Positions 17,646 to 22,782 of a DNA stretch of 22,782 bases are shown here, piece after piece. The stretch comes from a virus (taxonomy: Duplodnaviria > Heunggongvirae > Uroviricota > Caudoviricetes), in the IMG/VR virus record IMGVR_UViG_2778261160_000006, positions 1 to 22,782 of that record, one strand, 5' to 3'. The notes under the pieces were generated by a model. The model searched no databases. It had not been told where the DNA came from and worked only from the letters and a program-made list of their open reading frames with translations. Position 1 is the stretch's first letter. The number at the start of each line of letters is the position of its first letter. A program made the position numbers and the translations under genes.

Positions 17646-17936
17646 ATGACAACCGGCGGCCATCCACCGCCTGAATACGCGCAGAAGTCTCTATATGTTC
17701 AGCAGCCCAGCTTACGGGCAGGAGTTTTTATGGTTCATCAACATTACGGAACGCAGACCGTTAATCGAGGTGCGGTCATGCCAGGAATGCTGGTCAAACA
17801 CAAAGATGGTACCTGGACTGCATCAGCTAATTTACGCGGACGGCTATATCTGCATCGCGGCATCGAGCGCACTTATACCCGTGATTTGCTCGTAGAAGTT
17901 TTTCTCGACGGACGCGGTAACGGCCTGAATCACTAA
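17646..17936 (+). CDS. Hypothetical protein, up to 96 aa, first ORF of the pL operon in the kil/cIII position
   Basis: ORF with phage-backbone-like GC whose 3' end runs into the 5' region of the lambda long-Gam reading frame in a different frame. I recognise no similarity, and the start codon is uncertain. Confidence 0.35.
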   Translation: MTTGGHPPPEYAQKSLYVQQPSLRAGVFMVHQHYGTQTVNRGAVMPGMLVKHKDGTWTASANLRGRLYLHRGIERTYTRDLLVEVFLDGRGNGLNH

Positions 17937-18012
17937 CCCCCCTTTCCTGTTTTCCTAATCAGCCTGGCATTTCGCAGGCGATATTTTCACAGCCATTTTC
18001 AGGAGTTCAGCC

Positions 18013-18309
18013 ATGAACGCTTATTACATTCAGGATCGTCTTGAGGCTCAGAGCTGGGCACGTCACTACCAGCAGATCGCCCGTGAAGAGAAAGAGGCAG
18101 AACTGGCAGACGACATGGAAAAAGGTCTTCCACAGCACCTGTTTGAATCACTCTGTATCGATCATTTGCAACGCTGCGGGGCCAGCAAAAAAGCCATTAC
18201 CCGTGCGTTTGATGACGATGTTGAGTTTCAGGAGCGCATGGCAGAACACATCCGGTACATGGTTGAAACCATTGCTCACCACCAGTTTGATATTGATTCA
18301 GAGGTATAA
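18013..18309 (+). CDS. gam: Gam, short form GamS (RecBCD inhibitor), 98 aa
   Basis: [54 protein letters not shown]... is near-identical to lambda GamS. The upstream long-form extension is not intact. Confidence 0.9.
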   Translation: MNAYYIQDRLEAQSWARHYQQIAREEKEAELADDMEKGLPQHLFESLCIDHLQRCGASKKAITRAFDDDVEFQERMAEHIRYMVETIAHHQFDIDSEV

Positions 18310-18314
18310 AACGG

Positions 18315-19100
18315 ATGAGTACAGCACTCGCAACGCTGGCAGGGAAGCTGGCTGAACGTGTCGGCATGGATTCTGTCGACCCACAGGAACTGATCACCAC
18401 TCTTCGCCAGACGGCATTTAAAGGTGATGCCAGCGATGCGCAGTTCATCGCATTGTTGATCGTCGCCAACCAGTACGGCCTTAATCCGTGGACGAAAGAA
18501 ATTTACGCCTTCCCTGATAAGCAGAACGGCATTGTTCCGGTGGTGGGCGTTGATGGCTGGTCCCGCATCATCAATGAAAACCAGCAGTTTGATGGCATGG
18601 ACTTTGAGCAGGACAATGAATCCTGTACATGCCGGATTTACCGCAAGGACCGTAATCATCCGATCTGCGTTACCGAATGGATGGATGAATGCCGCCGCGA
18701 ACCATTCAAAACCCGCGAAGGCAGAGAAATCACGGGGCCGTGGCAGTCGCATCCCAAACGGATGTTACGGCATAAAGCCATGATTCAGTGTGCCCGTCTG
18801 GCCTTCGGATTTGCTGGTATCTATGACAAGGATGAAGCCGAGCGCATTGTCGAAAATACTGCATACACTGCAGAACGTCAGCCAGAACGCGACATCACTC
18901 CGGTTAACGATGAAACCATGCAGGAGATTAACACTCTGCTGATCGCCCTGGATAAAACATGGGATGACGACTTATTGCCGCTCTGTTCCCAGATATTTCG
19001 CCGCGACATTCGCGCATCGTCAGAACTGACACAGGCCGAAGCAGTGAAAGCTCTTGGATTCCTGAAACAGAAAGCCACTGAGCAGAAGGTGGCAGCATGA
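18315..19100 (+). CDS. bet: Bet (Red-beta) single-strand annealing recombinase, 261 aa
   Basis: [66 protein letters not shown]... is near-identical to lambda Bet. Confidence 0.95.
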   Translation: MSTALATLAGKLAERVGMDSVDPQELITTLRQTAFKGDASDAQFIALLIVANQYGLNPWTKEIYAFPDKQNGIVPVVGVDGWSRIINENQQFDGMDFEQDNESCTCRIYRKDRNHPICVTEWMDECRREPFKTREGREITGPWQSHPKRMLRHKAMIQCARLAFGFAGIYDKDEAERIVENTAYTAERQPERDITPVNDETMQEINTLLIALDKTWDDDLLPLCSQIFRRDIRASSELTQAEAVKALGFLKQKATEQKVAA

Positions 19101-19777
19101 CACCGGACATTATCCTGCAGCGTACCGGGATCGACGTGAGAGCTGTCGAACAGGGGGATGATGCATGGCACAAATTACGGCTCGGCGTCATCACCGCTTC
19201 AGAAGTTCACAACGTGATAGCAAAGCCCCGATCAGGAAAGAAGTGGCCTGACATGAAAATGTCCTACTTCCACACCCTGCTGGCTGAGGTTTGCACCGGT
19301 GTGGCTCCGGAAGTTAACGCTAAAGCGCTGGCCTGGGGAAAACAGTACGAGAACGACGCCAGAACCCTGTTTGAGTTCACTTCCGGCGTAAATGTTATTG
19401 AATCCCCGATCATCTATCGCGACGAAAGTATGCGCACCGCCTGCTCTCCCGATGGTTTATGCAGTGACGGCAATGGCCTTGAGCTGAAATGCCCGTTTAC
19501 CTCCCGGGATTTCATGAAGTTCCGGCTCGGTGGTTTCGAGGCCATAAAGTCGGCTTACATGGCCCAGGTGCAGTACAGCATGTGGGTGACGCGAAAAGAT
19601 GCCTGGTACTTTGCCAACTATGACCCGCGTATGAAGCGTGAAGGCCTGCATTATGTCGTGGTTGAGCGGGATGAAAAGTACATGGCGAGTTTTGACGAGA
19701 TGGTGCCGGAGTTCATCGAAAAAATGGACGAGGCACTGGCTGAAATTGGTTTTGTATTTGGGGAGCAATGGCGATGA
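19097..19777 (+). CDS. exo: Exo (Red-alpha) 5'-3' exonuclease, 226 aa
   Basis: [62 protein letters not shown]... is near-identical to lambda Exo. Its start overlaps the bet stop. Confidence 0.95.
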   Translation: MTPDIILQRTGIDVRAVEQGDDAWHKLRLGVITASEVHNVIAKPRSGKKWPDMKMSYFHTLLAEVCTGVAPEVNAKALAWGKQYENDARTLFEFTSGVNVIESPIIYRDESMRTACSPDGLCSDGNGLELKCPFTSRDFMKFRLGGFEAIKSAYMAQVQYSMWVTRKDAWYFANYDPRMKREGLHYVVVERDEKYMASFDEMVPEFIEKMDEALAEIGFVFGEQWR

Positions 19778-19935
19778 AGCATCCTCACGATAATATCCGG
19801 GTAGGCACGATCACTTTCGTCTACTCCGTTACAAAGCGAGGCTGGATATTTCCCGGCCTTTCTGTTATCCGAAATCCCCTGAAAGCACAGCGGCTGGCTG
19901 AGGAGATAAATAATAAACGGGGGCTGTATGACTGA
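19774..19935 (+). CDS. Hypothetical small protein, 53 aa, translationally coupled between exo and the methyltransferase
   Basis: Hand-translated [56 protein letters not shown]. Its ATG overlaps the exo stop (ATGA) and its stop overlaps the methyltransferase start. Confidence 0.4.
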   Translation: MKHPHDNIRVGTITFVYSVTKRGWIFPGLSVIRNPLKAQRLAEEINNKRGLYD

Positions 19936-20485
19936 TTTCACCGGAAGCAATACTCCTGCCGAACATCGCGACAGCTGGCGCACACCACCAGAGATTTTTG
20001 CTGCGCTTAATGCAGAGTTCGTTTTTCAACTTGATGCTGCCGCCAGCGAAAAAAACCGACTATGTCGGCTTTTTATCTCACAGGAGCAGAACACATTAAC
20101 CACTTCATGGCCTGAAGCAATGGGATATGCCTCTGGTTATGTCTGGTTGAATCCACCATACAGCAATATTTCCCCTTTTGTGAAAAAGGCAGCCACTGAA
20201 AACAAATTCAGTAGTGTGGGATGTGTAATGTTATTGCCTGCTGACACATCTGTCGGATGGTTTCATGAAGCGATACAAACCGCCAGTGAGGTCAGATTCA
20301 TCACGACAGGACGACTGGCATTTATTAACCCACTCACTGAGAAAACCGTCAGTGGAAATAATAAAGGCTCGATGCTCATTATCTGGCACCCATACCCCCG
20401 TACACACTGCCGCTTTACGACCGTTGATCGTGGAGAGTTGATGGCGTTCGGCTCAAGGATTCTTGCCCGTCGGGAGGCTGCATGA
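19928..20485 (+). CDS. Phage-type DNA N6-adenine methyltransferase (Dam family), 185 aa
   Basis: Catalytic NPPY motif in context (GYVWLNPPYSNISPFVKKA) and the FQLDAAAS N-terminal motif typical of phage orphan Dam methyltransferases. It has no adjacent restriction enzyme gene. Confidence 0.75.
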   Translation: MTDFTGSNTPAEHRDSWRTPPEIFAALNAEFVFQLDAAASEKNRLCRLFISQEQNTLTTSWPEAMGYASGYVWLNPPYSNISPFVKKAATENKFSSVGCVMLLPADTSVGWFHEAIQTASEVRFITTGRLAFINPLTEKTVSGNNKGSMLIIWHPYPRTHCRFTTVDRGELMAFGSRILARREAA

Positions 20486-20561
20486 CAACCACGGAATGCA
20501 TTTTTCTGGCAGCGGGCTTCATATTCTGTGTGCTTATGCTTGCCGACATGGGTCTTGTTCA

Positions 20562-20777
20562 ATGACACCTCAGCAGGAAAACGCCCTTCGCAGCATTGCC
20601 CGTCAGGCTAATTCTGAAATCAAAAAAGCCAGACAGCAGTTTCCGGATAAAAACGTCGATGACATTTGCCGTAGCGTACTGAAGAAGCACCGCGAAACGG
20701 TAACGCTGATGGGATTCACACCGACTCATTTAAGCCTGGCGATCGGCATGTTAAACGGCGTCTTTAAGGAACGGTGA
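20562..20777 (+). CDS. Hypothetical protein, about 71 aa from MTPQQENALRS
   Basis: ORF in the early-left operon whose likely ATG overlaps the stop of an upstream 27-codon hydrophobic micro-ORF (20482-20565). Function unknown. Confidence 0.4.
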   Translation: MTPQQENALRSIARQANSEIKKARQQFPDKNVDDICRSVLKKHRETVTLMGFTPTHLSLAIGMLNGVFKER

Positions 20778-20875
20778 ACATGAAAAGCAAAATCATCAGG
20801 GAGCTACAGGCTCCTTTTTTATTGTTCGCATTCATCCTCAAGCGTATTAACCAACAATTCAGGGATTAATGGAAG

Positions 20876-21094
20876 ATGGCAGACATCATTGATTCAGCAT
20901 CAGAAATCGAAGAATTACAGCGCAATACAGCAATAAAAATGCGTCGTCTGAACTACCAGACTGTATCCGCAACTCATTGTTGTGAGTGTGGCGATCCGAT
21001 AGATGAGCGAAGACGCCTGGCTGTTCAGGGTTGTCGGACTTGTGCAAGTTGCCAGGAGGAGATCGAACTTAAGAACAAACAATGGGGACTGTGA
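20876..21094 (+). CDS. TraR/DksA-family C4-type zinc-finger protein, 72 aa
   Basis: C-terminal Cys motifs (CCECGDPI...CRTCASCQ) in a ~70-aa protein, as in the TraR-like proteins of lambdoid phages. Confidence 0.75.
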   Translation: MADIIDSASEIEELQRNTAIKMRRLNYQTVSATHCCECGDPIDERRRLAVQGCRTCASCQEEIELKNKQWGL

Positions 21095-21141
21095 TGGCCT
21101 CAAAGCAGCAAATTTCAACATCGTCCAACTGAGGTGTAAAA

Positions 21142-21420
21142 ATGTTCAGAATCATTTTTCCTAACACCTGGTACGTCGACCACCACGGCACTCCCTGCAA
21201 AATCCTGCGTTCTACCCACAACAAAGTTCACTACATCCGAAAAGGCAGAACATGTATCGCCAGCATGTTCCGCTTTAATCATGACTTTGAACCTGTGAAT
21301 AAAGCTGATGCAGATCGGATAGCAGAAGAGATCGAAACGGCAGAACACATTAAGAAGTTACGTGACATGCGTTCAAAAAGCAGAGGTAACCATGGAATCA
21401 TACAGCCTCACACTCGATGA
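21142..21420 (+). CDS. Hypothetical protein, 92 aa, upstream of xis
   Basis: ORF MFRIIFPNTWYVDHHGTPCKILRSTHNKVHYIRKGRTCIASMFRFNHDFEP...; I recognise no family. Confidence 0.4.
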   Translation: MFRIIFPNTWYVDHHGTPCKILRSTHNKVHYIRKGRTCIASMFRFNHDFEPVNKADADRIAEEIETAEHIKKLRDMRSKSRGNHGIIQPHTR

Positions 21421-21763
21421 GGCCTGTCAGTTTCTTAAGATATCCAGACCAACCGCCACCAACTGGATACGAACAGGCCGCCTACAGGCAACACGTAAAG
21501 ATCCAACCAAGCCAAAATCTCCTTACCTCACAACACGGCAAGCCTGCATTGCGGCGCTTCAGTCTCCGCTGCATACTGTCCAGGTGAGCGCGGGTGATGG
21601 CATAACAGAGGAAAGAAAATGTCACTCTTCCGCAGAAATGAAATATGGTATGCCTCGTATTCGCTCCCGGGCGGGAAACGAATTAAGGAATCTCTTGGCA
21701 CAAAGGACAAGCGGCAAGCTCAGGAGTTGCACGACAAGCGAAAAGCAGAACTCTGGCGAGTAG
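21392..21763 (+). CDS. xis: Excisionase-like HTH protein (AlpA/Xis type), up to 123 aa from MESYSL, overlapping the int start
   Basis: HTH motif [26 protein letters not shown] immediately upstream of int. The reading frame continues 145 nt into int, so the true C-terminus is uncertain. Confidence 0.6.
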   Translation: MESYSLTLDEACQFLKISRPTATNWIRTGRLQATRKDPTKPKSPYLTTRQACIAALQSPLHTVQVSAGDGITEERKCHSSAEMKYGMPRIRSRAGNELRNLLAQRTSGKLRSCTTSEKQNSGE

Positions 21764-22782
21764 AAAAGCTAGGGGATTTACCTGATGTCACTTTTGAAGA
21801 GGCCTGCCTAAGATGGCTTGAGGAAAAAGCTGATAAAAAATCTCTCGATTCAGATAAAAGCCGGATTGAGTTCTGGCTTGAACATTTTGAGGGTATAAGG
21901 CTTAAAGATATCTCGGAGGCAAAGATTTACTCTGCTGTAAGCAGAATGCATAACAGAAAGACGAAAGAAATATGGAAACAGAAAGTTCAGGCCGCCATCA
22001 GGAAAGGTAAAGAACTGCCTGTTTATGAACCAAAGCCAGTATCAACTCAGACAAAGGCAAAGCATCTTGCCATGATAAAGGCCATTCTCCGTGCTGCAGA
22101 ACGCGACTGGAAGTGGCTGGAAAAAGCGCCTGTCATCAAGATACCAGCGGTCAGAAACAAGCGAGTCAGATGGCTGGAAAAGGAGGAAGCAAAACGCCTT
22201 ATTGATGAGTGCCCCGAACCACTGAAATCTGTCGTCAAGTTTGCGCTGGCAACTGGTCTGAGAAAGTCGAACATCATAAATCTGGAATGGCAACAAATCG
22301 ACATGCAGCGACGAGTTGCCTGGGTGAATCCAGAAGAGAGCAAATCAAACCGCGCCATTGGTGTGGCGCTGAACGATACCGCCTGTAAAGTGTTGCGTGA
22401 TCAAATAGGCAAGCATCACAAATGGGTGTTTGTACATACCAAGGCGGCTAAGCGAGCAGATGGAACATCAACGCCTGCGGTCAGGAAGATGCGCATCGAC
22501 AGCAAGACATCATGGCTATCAGCTTGTCGTCGTGCAGGAATTGAAGATTTCCGTTTCCATGACCTCAGACACACCTGGGCAAGCTGGCTGATTCAGTCAG
22601 GCGTCCCATTATCAGTGCTTCAGGAAATGGGCGGATGGGAGTCCATAGAAATGGTTCGTAGGTATGCTCACCTTGCGCCTAATCATTTGACAGAGCATGC
22701 GAGGAAAATAGACGACATTTTTGGTGATAATGTCCCAAATATGTCCCACTCTGGAATTATGGAGGATATAAAGAAGGCGTAA
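21619..22782 (+). CDS. int: Tyrosine integrase (DLP12 IntD-like), 387 aa
   Basis: [46 protein letters not shown]... with the C-terminal catalytic region [39 protein letters not shown] (R...HxxR...Y). The window ends at its stop, so att is not in view. Confidence 0.93.
   Translation: MSLFRRNEIWYASYSLPGGKRIKESLGTKDKRQAQELHDKRKAELWRVEKLGDLPDVTFEEACLRWLEEKADKKSLDSDKSRIEFWLEHFEGIRLKDISEAKIYSAVSRMHNRKTKEIWKQKVQAAIRKGKELPVYEPKPVSTQTKAKHLAMIKAILRAAERDWKWLEKAPVIKIPAVRNKRVRWLEKEEAKRLIDECPEPLKSVVKFALATGLRKSNIINLEWQQIDMQRRVAWVNPEESKSNRAIGVALNDTACKVLRDQIGKHHKWVFVHTKAAKRADGTSTPAVRKMRIDSKTSWLSACRRAGIEDFRFHDLRHTWASWLIQSGVPLSVLQEMGGWESIEMVRRYAHLAPNHLTEHARKIDDIFGDNVPNMSHSGIMEDIKKA

Noticed and set aside
18276-18752. 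158-aa ORF on the - strand overlapping bet
   Set aside because: Antisense to a near-identical lambda bet, so it is a shadow ORF.
1-22782. CRISPR arrays, tRNA or rRNA genes, insertion sequences
   Set aside because: I saw no regularly spaced direct repeats with unique spacers, no tRNA-like or rRNA-like sequence, and no transposase-like ORF with terminal inverted repeats. The only regular repeats are the ori iterons inside O.

Overview
This window is a defective lambdoid prophage of the DLP12 type from an Enterobacteriaceae (E. coli-like) genome, shown in reverse orientation relative to the lambda map. All protein identifications below come from reading the supplied translations against remembered lambda and E. 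coli K-12 prophage proteins; no database search was run. From left to right: tail fibre assembly gene (tfa), a chimeric terminase large subunit gene (gpA N-terminus fused in frame to a tail-fibre C-terminus, so the head and tail genes are deleted), terminase small subunit Nu1, an intact cos site, bor, a phage-21-type lysis cassette (pinholin S21, SAR endolysin, Rz with embedded Rz1), an intact nmpC porin moron, antiterminator Q, the nin-region genes (ylcG, rusA, ybcO, ninE, ybcN, ylcH-like), a low-GC cargo island (two unknown small proteins, an ORF-free 460 bp spacer, large serine recombinase ybcK, emrE) inserted at a truncated ren, replication genes P and O with the ori iterons, an immunity region (YdaT-like CII analogue, Cro-like, OR, CI-like S24 repressor), an AT-rich 287-aa gene in the rexAB position, a terminator and a pL-like promoter, then an N-less early-left operon (unknown 96-aa ORF, gamS, bet, exo, a small ORF, a phage Dam-type methyltransferase, small ORFs, a TraR-like zinc finger protein, xis, int). 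The best candidates for an undescribed function are the lysogen-expressed 287-aa gene downstream of cI and the swapped cargo between ybcK and ylcH; neither can be assigned a function from sequence alone. No rRNA, tRNA, CRISPR array or transposase gene was seen.
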